Below, piece after piece: positions 1 through 13,192 of a DNA stretch of 64,000 bases. The DNA lies in the NCBI GenBank assembly GCA_002269645.1, contig NIVC01001014.1, positions 284,565-348,564 on the forward strand, read 5' to 3'. This DNA is from Macrostomum lignano (lineage: Eukaryota). The notes beneath the pieces were generated by a model. That model ran no database searches. It was not told the origin of the DNA and saw nothing but the letters and a program-made list of their open reading frames with translations. Made by a program: the position numbers and the translations under genes. Numbering within the stretch: position 1 is the first letter of the stretch; every line of letters starts with the position of its first letter.

Positions 1-814
1 GGCTGACTTTCGTCCGTCTGACTTTGCCCTCTCTCCTTACTGCTCTCTCATTGGCTGAGCCAGATTGGGCCTGCCCTTCCCTTCCCCGAGGAAGGAAAAG
101 AAGTTTTAGCTGCCACATTAAATTTATGACACTGCGCAGACAAACTACTGAAATAAGAGTAGACGCTCTACTATTTCAGGCTTAGTTGCGAGTGAAATAT
201 CTAGTTATTTTAGTGTCTGTGACAAAAATACAAAAAAGGTTAGCTTATCACGTAACTTCACTCGCGCTAACAGAGACAAAGGTGTATTAAGCTGAAGGTT
301 AATATAAATTCCAAATAATGAGTCACTAAAAAAACGACATAACAAACAGCGTGAACGCATGATCTTCTTTATAACAATTTGTGAAAGCAATTTAGCGAAA
401 AAAACTTAAAATTAAAAACTATTTTTGTTTAAACGAGTCATTGACTGAGGAGATTCGCGGTTATTCCGTATAAAATATAAATAAGACGCTAAAATATAAC
501 ATTCTTCATAAAAATACATGTCCCATACGATGTTCAGAGCCAATGCCAATCTATTCTAACAACAAACAGAAAACAGCATAGCAAAATTACGAAACAAACT
601 AGCCACACTGAAATGAACAAGATATATAGAAAATACTAAAATAGAAAAATTAACAGTGGATAGTAAAAAATTAGGGCTTGAATATCAATGAGCTAAAACA
701 ATTTGCAGACTAACTAGTCAAATTTAAATTGTCCATAAAAACAATCAAAACTTTAGGTCGAATAATTTTATTGTCTCAGTTTGTGGAACAACAGTACTGC
801 GACAATATATTGAT

Positions 815-3800
815 TTATTGATTGCCGCCTTCCTTGGCCTCCGCGTCAGGCTCCTTCTCGTCTGAAAGTGGCATTTTGTTAGGGGAGCATTTTGATTGTG
901 CGATTGACAAATCAGGTTAAGGATTAGTGAGACCCCTCACTGAAGGATTAGTGAGACACCTATCTGAATTGAGAATACACTACACTGACTGACTTAGTTC
1001 TTAAATCCCATTGAATGACAGTAAAAATCGCATAAAAATCCCCAAAAAATAAACACGCAGCTCACCGTCTCCAGCTGGCTGCATATCCGAGGTCCACAGG
1101 GTGAGATTATCCCGCAGCAGTTGCATAATCAGGGTGCTGTCCTTGTACGACTCCTCGGACAGCGTGTCCAGCTCGGCGATGGCCTCATCAAAAGCGGTCT
1201 TGGCCAGTTTGCAGGCCCGATCAGCTGAGTTGAGAATCTCATAGTAGAACACGGAGAAGTTGAGAGCGAGGCCCAGCCTGATGGGGTGAGTTGGCTTCAA
1301 CTGGGTGTTGGCAATATCCGTGGCGGCCTTGTAGGCAGTCAGGCTGTTCTCGGCCGCCTCCTTGCGCTCGGCTCCAGTGGCGAATTCGGCCAGGTAGCGC
1401 AGGTAATCGCCCTTCATCTTGTAGTAGAACACTCGCGACTCGGCCACCGTGGCGCTAGGAATCAGGTGACTGTCCAGAACGTCAAGAATATCGTCGCAAA
1501 TCTTTTTGAGCTCCTGTTCAACCTGGGTACGGAACGTGCGAACAACATCGAGCTTTTCGCTGCCGGACTTGCTCTCCTCCTTCTGCTCGATGCTGCTCAC
1601 GATGCGCCAGGAGGCTCGCCTGGCTCCGATAACATTTTTATAAGCCACAGAGAGCAGGTTGCGCTCTTCGACTGTCAGTTCAACGTCCATGACAGCCACA
1701 GCCTTCATTGCGTCCACCATTTCTGCGTGTCATAGTGGGTTCAGCTTATTTTCAGTAAAAATGTAAAAAAAATCAATAGGGATAAATTTTGTTTTAACCT
1801 GATTACTGATTTTCTAATTCAAATTCAAAATTTAAAGAAGATGCATAGACTATACTAAGTCATATTCATCACTACCGTATATGCACAACCTGAATTTTAC
1901 CCAACCTAGTGCAAAATTGTTTTCTATTGTTATTTATATCAACATTCACCAAGGTTGTATATCAGTTATTCAGAGTTTAGAAGAGTTGTGTCTCTTATTA
2001 GCTACTTTCTCTTGAATAATCTATTCTCTTCTCCCTTTGTTGTTGTTCTTTCCTGCCTGACTCTTATCTCTGTTGCTCTCTTAATCTTTTTTCTTCCTGT
2101 ACTTCTCTTTTCTTCTATCTCTCTTCTCATCACAATTTTTTGAAATTTTGACCCTCTCCTTTTTTCACTCTTCTGTTTGCATTCATGCACTAGATGTTCA
2201 ATTTGGCTTTTGAAGTAAAAACATTTGCCAACCACTAACCTAATGCATACATTGACATACATTTATATGAAGGCAAGTTTTTTCTTTGGTGCTAAGATGC
2301 AAGAAAGCAACCAAGGTCTCATTTAAAAATGCACTTTTTGAACCTTGGATGCAATATTTCAATTTGCAAAGTTAGGATGCTATTTGTATCTCTTTTGCAT
2401 AAAAAACCTAGATGCTAAGTCATTTTAAAGCTTTGGTAAGTACAATATCTAATGCATATAAATATAATTATTTAAATACAGATTAAGCCTACAACCTATT
2501 TTAAAATATCAAGAATATTTTAGGTGATTAAAACTAAAAATAAATACATGTATTCCTATATACTAAAAATGAAATGTGTGTCTCTGTGAGATGGATTTCA
2601 GAAAAAATGGCTCAACCGATTTTCTTCAAACTTGCACCATTCGATCAGAAATTTTCCTGGGACGGTACATGCATCTTGGCTAAAAAATTGCTCAATTTTA
2701 AAGGGATTAAATATTCGAAAAACCTGCTTTTTTGCAAAGGTCAAGCAGCTCTTTCGACCTAAAATTCATTGTAAGAATGCTAGAGAAAAAACTGACTGGC
2801 TGAATTCCGATTGTGATAAAGATTGCATCACAACAAGTTGAAAACAGTGCCGAAGAAATGCACACACGACTTGATTTAAATTGCATAACAATATTGCTAA
2901 CTTAAATTGAGACTGATACTGGCTGACTGAGAAATTGATTATGTCATTACTTTTTACTTCAATTGACTTGATGTAAGAATTGAATTATAAGGGCCACAAT
3001 TCACATTCTCCAATTGAAAAGAGATAGCCAAGATGCGAACAGACTGGAATGCTAATGTAGCGACCTGGGTTCGAATCTTAGTAGTGCAAAAAGATTTTTT
3101 TATCAAAACACCTTAAAAACACAACAAAACTGCTAAACATAATAGAAGCGCAATGTCAAACATAGAAGAGCCACCATGTCGAACATTAAAGAGCCAACAT
3201 TTCGAATATAAAAGAGTTACCATGTCAAACATAAAATAAGCACTATGTCAAACATATACGTGACTCCATGTCAACGATTAAGAAGCCACCATTTCAAACA
3301 TAGAAGAGCCACTATGTCAAACCTAAACAAGCCACCACGTCAAACATTAAAGAGCCACCATGTCAAACCTAAACAAGCCACCACGTCTAACATTTAAGAG
3401 CCACCATGTCAAACATTTAAGAGCCACCATGTCAAACATATATGTGACTTTATGTCAAAATTTAAGGAGCCACCATTTCGAACATTAAATAGCCACTTTG
3501 TCAAACATTAAAGAGCCGCCGTGTCAAACATTTAAGAGCCACCAGGTTAAACATTAAAGAGCCACCATGTCAAACAATAAAGAGCCACCATGTCAAACAT
3601 AGAAGAGCCACCATGTAAAACATTTAGGAGTCACCATATCAAACATCAAATAGCCACTTTGTCGAACATTAAAGAGCCACCGTGTCAAACATAAAAGAGC
3701 CACCATGTTTAACATAGAAGAGCCACCATGTCAAACATAAAAGAGCCACCATGTCAGACATTAAAAAGCCACCGTATCAAACATAAAAGAGTTACCATGT

Positions 3801-6800
3801 AGAACATTAAAGAGCCACCATTTCAAACAGTAAAGAGCCACCATGTCAAACATAAAAGAGCCACCATGTCAAACATTAAAAAGCCACCACATCGAACATA
3901 AAAGAGCCACCATGTAGAATATTAAAGAGCCACCATGAAGAACATTAAAGAGCCACCATGTCAAACATTTAAGAGCCACCATGTCAAACATTTAAGAGCC
4001 ACCATCTCAAACATATATGTGACTTAATGTCAAACTTTAAAGAGCCACCATTTCGAACATTAAATAGCCACTTTGTCAAACACTAGAGAGCCGCCGTGTC
4101 AAACATAAAAGAGCCACCAGGTTAAACATAAAAGAGCCACCATGTCAAACAATAAAGAGCCACCATGTCGAACATAAAAGAGCTACCATGTCAAACATTT
4201 AAGAGCTACCATGTCAAAACATAAAAGTGCAATCATGTCAAACCTAAAAGAGCCACCATGTCAAACATAAAAGAGCCACCATTTCGAACATTAAAGAGCC
4301 ACCATTTCAAACAGTAAAGAGCCACCATGTATAAAATTTAAGAGTCACCATATCAAACATCAAATAGCCACTTTGTCGAACATTAAAGAGCCACCGTGTC
4401 AAACATAAAAGAGCCACCATGTTAAACATAGAAGAGCCACCATGTCAAACATAAAAGAGCCACCATGTCAGACATTAAAAAGCCACCGTATCAAACATAA
4501 AAGAGTTACCATGTAGAACATTAAAGAGCCACTATTTCACACAGTAAAGAGCCACCATGTCAAACATAAAAGAGCCACCATGTCAGACATTAAAAAGCCA
4601 CCATATCAAACATAAAAGAGCCACCATGTTAAACATAGAAGAGCCACCATGTCAAACATAAAAGAGCCACCATGTCAGACATTAAAAAGCCACCATATCA
4701 AACATAAAAGAGTTACCATGTAGAACATTAAAGAGCCACTATTTCACACAGTAAAGAGCCACCATGTCAAACATAAAAGAGCCACCATGTCAAACATTAA
4801 AAAGCCACCATGGCGAACATTAAAGAGCTACCATGTCAAACATTAAAGAGCTATCATGTCAAACACAAAATAGCCACCATGTCAAACATTGAAGAGACAC
4901 TATGTCAAACGTATACGTGACTCCATGTCAAACATAAAAGTGCCACCATGTCAAACATAAAAGTGCCACTATGTCAAAAATTAAAGAGCCACCATGTCGA
5001 ACATTAAAGGGCCACCATGTCAAATATAAAAGAGCCACCATGTCGAACATAAAAAAGCCACCATGTCGAACATAAAAGAGCCACCATGCCAAATATAAAA
5101 GAGCCACCATGTCGAACATTTAAGAGCCACCATGCCAAACATAAAAGAGCAACGATGTCAAACATAAAAGAGCCACCATGCCAAACATAAAAGAGCAACG
5201 ATGTCAAACATAAAAGAGCCACCATGTCAAACATAAAAGTGCCATTATGTCAAAAATAAACGGGACTCCATGTCAAACATTAAAGAGCCACCATGTCAAA
5301 CATTAAAGAGCTATCATGTCAAACACAGAATAGCCACCATGTAAAACATAGAAGAGACACTATGTCAAACATATACGTGACTCCATGTCAAACATAGAAG
5401 AGACACTATGTCAAACGTATACGTGACTCCATGTCAAACATAACAGAGCCTCCATGTCAAACATAAAAGAGCCACCATGTCAAACATTAAAGAGCCACCA
5501 TGTCGAACATTAAAGGGCCACCATGTCAACATTAAAGAGCCACCATGGCGAACATTAAAGAGCCACCTTGTCAAACATTAAAGAGCCATCATGTCAAACA
5601 TAAAAGAGCCATCATGTGAAACATATACGTGACTCAATGTCAAACATTAAAGAGCCACCATGTCAAACATCAAAGAGCTATCATGTCAAACACAAAGGAG
5701 CTACCATGTCAAACATAGAAGAGCCACCACGTCAAACATTAAAGAGCTATCATGTCAAACACAAAAGAGCTACCATGTCAAACATAGAAGAGCTACCATG
5801 TCAAACATTAAAGAGCCACCTTTTTAAACAAAAAAGAGACCCCATTTCAAACATAAAAGAAGTGTCATGCCAAACAAAATGGAACCATTATAAAGCTAAG
5901 GAAATTGTTGCACTAGCTACTTGTTCTCTGGTGGATGCTTGCTTTTTAAGGATGGATACTTGCTTACAGGGGGATGCTTGCTCTTGTGGGTGGAGGGTAC
6001 TTGCTATCTGAGAGGGGGTTGCTAGATATCTATAAGGTATCGTTGTATCCAGGTTATGCTTGCTATCAGGGGTTGCTTGCTGTCTGGGGGATGCTTGCAA
6101 TCTGGGGGATGCTTGCGAACTGGGGTTGCTTGCTATCGGGGGGATGCTTGCTACCTGGGGGATGCTTGCTACCTGGGGGATGCTTGCAGTCTGGGGGATG
6201 CTTGCTATTTGGGGATCGATGCTTGAATGCTGTCTGAGGATGCTTGCTGTCTTGGGATGTTTTGTTTTTAGAGGGAATGTCTGTTGTTGTTTTTTGAAGG
6301 TTTTATTTCGCTGTCTATTTGTTATTTGTAAAGAACAAGGATTCTATCCAGATGTCCCCCATCGGGGGGCGAAGATTGCTAGTTTAAAACTATTTATAGG
6401 AGCTATTAGTTTAGTATATAAAAAATGAAGTTTATATATTTTAATATTCAATTTCAATATATATATCTAGTCTATATCTATACACAGATATATACCAAAT
6501 AAATTATCTGACACAAAGCTTTATATATATCAATTTAAAAACATTATTATTAGACTAGTAATTTTGATATTTAATTTCAATTATCTGAAGTTAAAAACTT
6601 GAAGTATTAATTATATGTTTAAATTTTTATATATTTTTAATAAAGTTTTAAATTGTTACCTTAAAAACATGGAAAGCAGTACAACTACAATATATAGATA
6701 ACAATTGTGACTATACCTATTGGAATAAGTATAGAAAACCTATGGATGTGCAACACAGGGTCCAAAATTATGCATGATATAGATACAATACAGAATATAT

Positions 6801-9800
6801 TAACTTTTGCACTAAATATAGGTATAGTAATAGTATTAACTAGATGATAAGGCATTTAGCTTTAATAAAAGTCATGGTTACTCCTATTATTTACTGAAAA
6901 TCACACTGCTAGAACACCAATTTTTTTATGCCATGACTTAATTTTTATTTTTAGGAACTCAAAACTTTTAGTTAACTTTAAAACAGCTGTTTTTTGCTAA
7001 AAATGATATTTTTTGTTTTAATTTGATTTTCTTGTGATTGTGCCAATATTTTTTATTTTAGTTTCTGATTATTTTTAAAGAACTTTCAATGTTGGTTGAT
7101 ATATAACTATACAATTACATTAACCTAACCTTGAACTTGGAATTTTTTTGTACATTGACTGTGTACACTTTATATTGAACCTGAAAATTCTATACACCAA
7201 GTGTATGCCAAGATTGTCAGCAAGAGCAAAAATATGCCAGAAAATTCCGGCATTAAGGCACCTTCTGGACTATGGATTTTCATTCTAGCATATGCCTACC
7301 ATATCTGGACTATGGGATATAGATTATAGGTTTCATTTTCTGCAACAATTATTTGCTTCATTTACTGCTTGTTGCATTGGTTATGTGCTTATTAATTTTT
7401 AGTGGCATACAATTTACGTGAACACTTAATTGGTATAAATTAGGGTTGACGGTCATTTTGTCTGCCACCAGTTTGTCTGCCATTCTTTCGTCTGCAAAAA
7501 TACGATATAGTCATTTTGTCTACCACAAAACTTAAAGACTAAGTATGACGCCACTACATATAATATTGAAGATAAATATCTCTATATCTTAAAAGTTCTT
7601 ATAGGAAGATAAGAAACTCATTATGTTGGAAGCATCTAAAAAATATTTTCCTGATGGGACCTGTAGTATATACCATATACACATTTACTAAATTTTTGTT
7701 TGTTATATAAATTTTGTAAGCTGAATAATTGTTTATAATGAAAATGCATCATCATTGCATGGGGTCATAACAATGCTCATAACAGCTGGCCAATTATATT
7801 CAACAATGAACTCTGTCTCTGCCTTCAATATTCGTAATTGCAGCTTCTATCTGTGGTAGGGGGTAGGGCAAGCTACCACTTGGAACCAGTGAAGTTGCGA
7901 CATGTGGTGCAATTCTGTCTATGACCCTTTTTTGTCACCCAGTGTGCCACCCCTTGCCCTATCCTTCGCCCCATTGTTTGCCATGGTTTAATATTTTTGT
8001 TTTTTTCTGTTTGTGTTAATAGTTTTGTCTATTGCCCCATCTGTTGCCCCATCTTTTGCTTCATCCCTTGCCTTTCTGCCCCATCCCTTGCTGGATAGCA
8101 CAGTTTTACTATTATAAGGCTAATTTGAGCTGCCAATTTTCTTCATCCTGCTTGCTTATTTTGCTTGCTTATCTATTTTTCTTTGTGATTTTATTAAATT
8201 AGTTTAGTGTCTTTGTCTAAATAGTTGTTGTTGGCACCCAGCTTCGCCGCGATCTCTTGTTTGTAAAAATAATAATAACAATATAATAATAATTGCCTGC
8301 TATTAATTAATAAGTTCATTAATTAAACGAAGCCCTTAACAGTTATATCGAGTTATTTGCCTGTGGGGCTAAGCCTTTGTTATGCGCCGTGTGCCACTTC
8401 GTGCATATTTTTCATTGATGTGCGCTGGAATTTTCCGCCATAATGTGCACCTTCCTGAGTGTGGCCAAATTAGTCTCAACTCTGAACAAGCTCTGAGATC
8501 TATATGTTCTATAATATGAAATTACGGCAATGGCAACATGCATAAAACTGCTCGACTACAATTGCGACTACCCTCCCCAAGACTTGAGAACCCAACTGTT
8601 GGAGTAAACAGGAGGAAATAACTCATTGTGATTTGTCTACGCAATTTCTGGATTTATTTGTGCGAACTCAATGCCGGCAGTAATTCAGAACAGATGTGGA
8701 ATCTGCCCCACTCCATTGGTGTTAGCAACAAATTACAAATCCAAATCCAAAATCCAAAACTTCCAAAAAGAAAACTTCCTCTGGCCCACCTTATATCCTA
8801 CATTAAAGTTCTTTTTTTAATGGATATTTAAAATTGATAGATCTTTGAAATAGTGCCATAGTCAGGAAGGTGTCCCATACACCCTGGAATATATGCCGAG
8901 GAAAGGCTTTATGTGCAGGCTGATGTATACCGATCTTTTGGAACTCGATTTTCCAAACTCTATAGGTATGCCAAAAAATTACAATTAATATTTTTTTAAA
9001 CTGTAGCGGAAAATAAGTGTTGATAAACAAAGTAAAAATTGTACTAATTAAAAGTGAGGGGATTTTAGATTATATTTGCAAATTTACTTTATAAATAAGG
9101 CAGTGCTTATCCCCACGGTACCGTAGGAATAATTTCTGTCTTATTCCAACGGTACCGTGGGGATAATTTTCTGCTTATCCGCACGGCACACTGACGAGAT
9201 AGCTGCCTATCTTCTACATATGCCGTGGGTTCATAATTTAGTTTAGTACTTACGGTTTGAGTGCAATATAACAACATAACTTTGCTTGGCTATTATTTTG
9301 ATAGAAGTAAAGATTTAATGGCCTTTTTACGCAAAAAAAACACTTTTTTGTATTTATGACGTATGATTTAAGATGAATTGCTCTAGTAATTGTTTACAAT
9401 CTAAGAACTTTTAGCAACTAGTCTAATCCCGACATCCCCGAAAAGTCCATTGCCGCTGCTTCTGTAGACTTCTTACTAGACATGTAAATTCTCAATTTGT
9501 TTGTATAGATTATTGCATTGCTTCAACAATTCACCCGTGCGGATAAGCAGAAAATTATTCCCACGGCATATGTAGAAGATGGGGCAGCTATCTCGTCAAT
9601 GTGCCGTGCGGATAAGCAGAAAATTATCCCCACGGTACCGTTGGAATAAGACAGAAATTATTCCTACGGTACCGTGGGGATAAGCACTGCCTATAAATAA
9701 ATTTCCCCTTGAGCATAAATAAAATTCTAAAAAAGTAAGATAACTAAAAAAGATTTTTAATATCAATTTTTTTGACTTTATGTATTTTAGTATTGTATTA

Positions 9801-10433
9801 TCATGACACAACAAAGCAATTTGAACAATAACCCTTTGTACGGCATGCAAGGATGCTATCCAATAGGTACGCCAATCATTTTGGTATACCAAAATTTGCA
9901 CACCAATAATGTACGCCAAAATTTATCTAATGTAAATGCACGCTGAAATTTTCCAGCATATAGGACACCTTCCTGACTATGGAAATAGTGCAATAAACAA
10001 AATTACGCTTAGAAAACTGACAACCTACTTTATCTTTTTTTGCACGACTTGCAGTATTTAAACATAAAAACTTTGCTTTACTAGCTATGAAGCTATACCT
10101 TAACTTTTTTCTTTAAAAGTCGTTTCGTCTGCCAGCAGACGAAATGGCCGCGCACCTAAATTAGCCTACTGGCATGGCATACACTTCACTAGATAGGCCT
10201 AATACTTTACTTACTTACAGTGTGCATATACCACAATTGGCAATATGGCATGTGCCCTATTTATTGCATGCTATATATCAAAAATCAGGTAGGCCTATAT
10301 GAGTGCCATAAGATTCAAAATACAGAACAGAAGTAAAGGCAAAGCAGACTTTAATATACTCACCATCATAACGTTCTGCTTGTTCAGAAAGCTTAGCAAA
10401 ATAAACTTTGTCTTCACGATCTTCCTGAGACAT
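815..10433 (-). CDS. YWHAE: 14-3-3 protein, epsilon type; 3 coding exons (10433-10364, 1722-1066, 861-815), 257 aa
   Basis: Exon 1 [23 protein letters not shown] ends at a GTGAGT donor. Exon 2 carries [46 protein letters not shown] and [21 protein letters not shown]. Exon 3 ends GGNQ-TAA. All introns are GT-AG and in phase. Intron 1 is 8.6 kb. Confidence 0.96.
2555..2781. mobile_element. Possible Helitron-like non-autonomous fragment
   Basis: TCCTATATACTAAAAATGAAATGTGTG start and an ATGGCTCAACCGATTTTCTTCAAACTT motif resemble invertebrate non-autonomous Helitrons; weak hairpin (AGGTC/GACCT) before CTAG. Assignment is from recalled motif similarity only. Confidence 0.3.
3021..3087 (+). other. 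Degenerate tRNA-like / SINE head
   Basis: A-box-like TAGCCAAGATG and B-box GGTTCGAATC at tRNA-like spacing; no complete cloverleaf. Confidence 0.35.
3160..5880. repeat. 23-bp minisatellite (AAAGAGCCACCATGTCAAACATA/T), ~2.7 kb, in 14-3-3 intron 1
   Basis: Direct tandem periodicity of 23 nt with diverged units and duplicated multi-unit blocks. Confidence 0.95.
6040..6260. repeat. 18-bp minisatellite (GGGGGATGCTTGCTACCT)
   Basis: Visible tandem units. Confidence 0.85.
7180..7275. mobile_element. Solo right end of a CCATAG-type TIR element
   Basis: AAGGCACCTTCTGGACTATGG resembles the right end GGACACCTTCCTGACTATGG at 9963-9982; no matching left end found. Confidence 0.4.
8856..9982. mobile_element. 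Non-autonomous DNA transposon with CCATAG termini, copy A
   Basis: TIR CCATAGTCAGGAAGGTGTCC at both ends; 8-bp TSD AAATAGTG (8848-8855, 9983-9990); subterminal GTAYRCC motifs. Confidence 0.85.
9099..9691. mobile_element. MITE with ~130-bp TIRs and 9-bp TSD (MULE/Merlin-like), inserted in copy A
   Basis: 9099-9231 is a near-perfect reverse complement of 9561-9691 (GGCAGTGCTTATCCCCACGGTACCG...); TSD TATAAATAA (9090-9098, 9692-9700). Confidence 0.9.
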
Positions 10434-12648
10434 TTTGTTATTGCTAATCTGGAAATACAAAAAATAATATAAAAACAAGTCTGACAGCTAAAAATGCGAG
10501 ATCTTTCACTACACAAGCAGTAATATATCGCTTTGCAAGGATTTAGTCGCTTGAAGTGTTTATCAATTTTAAATCAATGCAATTGTAGTAATAATTAAAA
10601 CTTAGTAAAACAAAGTTTAAAAAGTTTTTATACGATACCTACCCACAGACAATTCATTTTTAGTATATAGCATAGATCAAAACTTTGTCAAAAACAAATT
10701 AATAACGAGGTTTGTTACTTCGAGGAATCTGTCAACACTTCAAAATAAATTAATTGGCCTTGCGACTAAAGGAGGAATCTAATTTTTGAGAAATGAGAAA
10801 TTTCTGAATCTAAACATTTATTAAAAAAAATTAACTAAATGTTCTGCATACCATGGCCATGACTAAGGAAGCTAAACGATCGATACACACACTAAACGGT
10901 TATAAATACTTTCGCTGGCTTAGAGTGTAAAGTGGTACTTTCTCTGTTAAAGGTTTGCGACAGTAGTTTGGCTCGAAACGACTATTGAAGCATCGGAGAT
11001 TTCAGCACCAGCAGATACTTAAAAATTCTAGCAACCTTAAACAAATTATTTTACGTCAGTACCTGATTTGAGTACAAAAAGCGCTATTTTTTGTTTATTT
11101 ATGGCGTAGACTCAAGTTGCTTTTAACATATAGTGTTATTCAAAAAATTACCAAACACTGCAAAATACAGTGAAATACGTACTAAAAGCTAATTATTTAA
11201 TTTTTACCGCTCGCTTAATTATATTACATTAGACTGTTTTATTTCTGATATGTGCAATTATTACCGCAGTCTGAATAAGACAAAAATACATAAAAAAAGT
11301 GTTAAAGTGCTTAACAACAAATAAAGAACAGTTGTGTGATACGAATGTACAAACCAAAATCGTTCGTAGAACGTATTTTAAAAGGCCCTGAAAATAAAAA
11401 AATGATAAAACAGTTGGATAACAGATGAGTTTATCGCTATTGGTTCTTTAGTTGATCTTTCATTGTCAGTTATATAGATTTTCTGCGCTTTCGAACATTT
11501 TCTTACGAATAAAAATGCAATATAAAATAAAATTTTAAGTAACATTCAATTTTCAAACCTGTTGTTGATGCTTAATTTTATGCGATTGATTGAAAACTAT
11601 TGACTTTAAAGTTAAACTTTAGCTTTAAAAGTTTTTAAAAGTTCGTGTGCATTATAAACGACCTCACAATGTAGTAGTTATTTTCCAAAGTAATATCCTA
11701 TTTTTGGCAACCAACAGAACAGAATGAATGTTACGCAATCCTTAGTGCTAAAAAAATCGTTTTTAAGAGAATAGAAATTTATGGAAAAAATTTAAAATAA
11801 AAAATGGCTTGTACAAGTAAAAAGTATCAGAACATATCCACATGAACATGCTTTGTACTCGACACAGAACAGTAATTTATTAATGATGGAATTTAGCTCT
11901 ACATGTAGTTACAATTTATTACTTAAGAAAGACAAGAAAATACAGAGGCAGCAAATATATGTACAGAAACAGGAAAAAAAACTAACTGAATAGACGTATA
12001 GCAGAAAAAACAAAAATCCTAACTAAACAACTTCAGGCAGCAGGCTTAAAGCCATTGATATTATCGGAAAATTATTATTTAACTAAGAAAATATTAATTA
12101 TTTCTTTATTTGATTTCAGTAGCGAAAAATGTTCTGTATATTTAAACTGCAGACTTTTGATACACTAGTGATGATACTACAGAATAAATTAGTATTCTAG
12201 TATACTTAGTTTATATTAGCAAAACCGAAAAGAATTCGCACCTGATACTACTCTATGACGCAACGGATTAGTAAGTAGCTGGATAAATATCAACAGCACA
12301 TAAAAATGCAGTAGCACGAAGTGTTGACAACAACTTGACATAGTCTATGTAAACAATTTTTTTTTGAAAAAAACTGCTTGAAAGTAATGAAGCGTGCTTA
12401 AAATTGATTTTTACACGCCTAGAAAAAAACAAGACGCTACTTGAATAAAACACGGCGTTTATACGCTAGTACAGTATATCGGATTCGGGATTTCCCGTCA
12501 CTGCTGCGCATAAGTGAAGAGGTACAGGCACTTTTTCAGCAAAAAAGCAACATTTTCAATACGCTAAAGACTGCCAATTGACTTGCATTGATTTTTTTAG
12601 CGTTTTTTCGGACCTCTTTTTCTCACAGAAGGTAGACCCAAGGACTTA

Positions 12649-12912
12649 CTCAAGTAGGACGGGGAAACTACGTAAGTTTCTTGGAAAGTTTTATGAAGCA
12701 GGTTTTACCGAAAAGACATTATGGAGCTGTAGAATTTCATTTTTCAGCACAACAATTGTTATTTACTTTTAATAGGAGACAGACCTAATGTTTATTGTTT
12801 ATATGACTTGCTTTTCTTGTAGCTCTATAGATATTCATAGAGCTTTTCGTTAATAAAATCAGGATTTCACAGTAGTTTCACAGAAACGTAGTTTCCTGCC
12901 CTTCTACTTGAG
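12649..12912. mobile_element. Tc1/mariner-type MITE (TA TSD)
   Basis: Imperfect TIRs CTCAAGTAGGACGGGGAAACTACGT / ACGTAGTTTCCTGCCCTTCTACTTGAG, each flanked by TA. Confidence 0.7.
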
Positions 12913-13192
12913 TAGCCTTTAATCAAACCTCTAAAATTGTTCTCTGTCCAAAGCTGCATCTGGTCACACTCTATACGTTGCTCTTTCTCAGCCTCATCAT
13001 TCGAGCTCAAGGATTAAAACGCAATATGGGTAAAAGGCAGGAGTAACTATCACTGCATTTTAATAAACAAATGACTCGCAATCTAACTAGTAAAATGCTA
13101 CTTTTAAAATTTACAAAACATTGAATTTTAAGTGAGAAAATGAGGTTTCACACAATTAATCCCACACCAAGTAGTTTTAAACAAGGTCTAGG

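Larger units (their letters stand above)
7444..10156. mobile_element. Decayed GG...CC TIR element (MULE/Merlin-like); outer layer of a nested stack
   Basis: Imperfect TIRs GGTTGACGGTCATTTTGTCTGC / GCAGACGAAATGGCCGCGCACC (17 of 22 complementary) flanked by 8-bp direct repeat TAAATTAG (7436-7443, 10157-10164). A minus-strand remnant ICTKWH (8408-8391) resembles the MULE transposase C-terminal NNxxExWH motif (weak). Confidence 0.55.

Noticed and set aside
1001-1720. ORF 1001-1720 as a complete gene
   Set aside because: It is exon 2 of 14-3-3 running into intron 2; the real start and stop are in exons 1 and 3.
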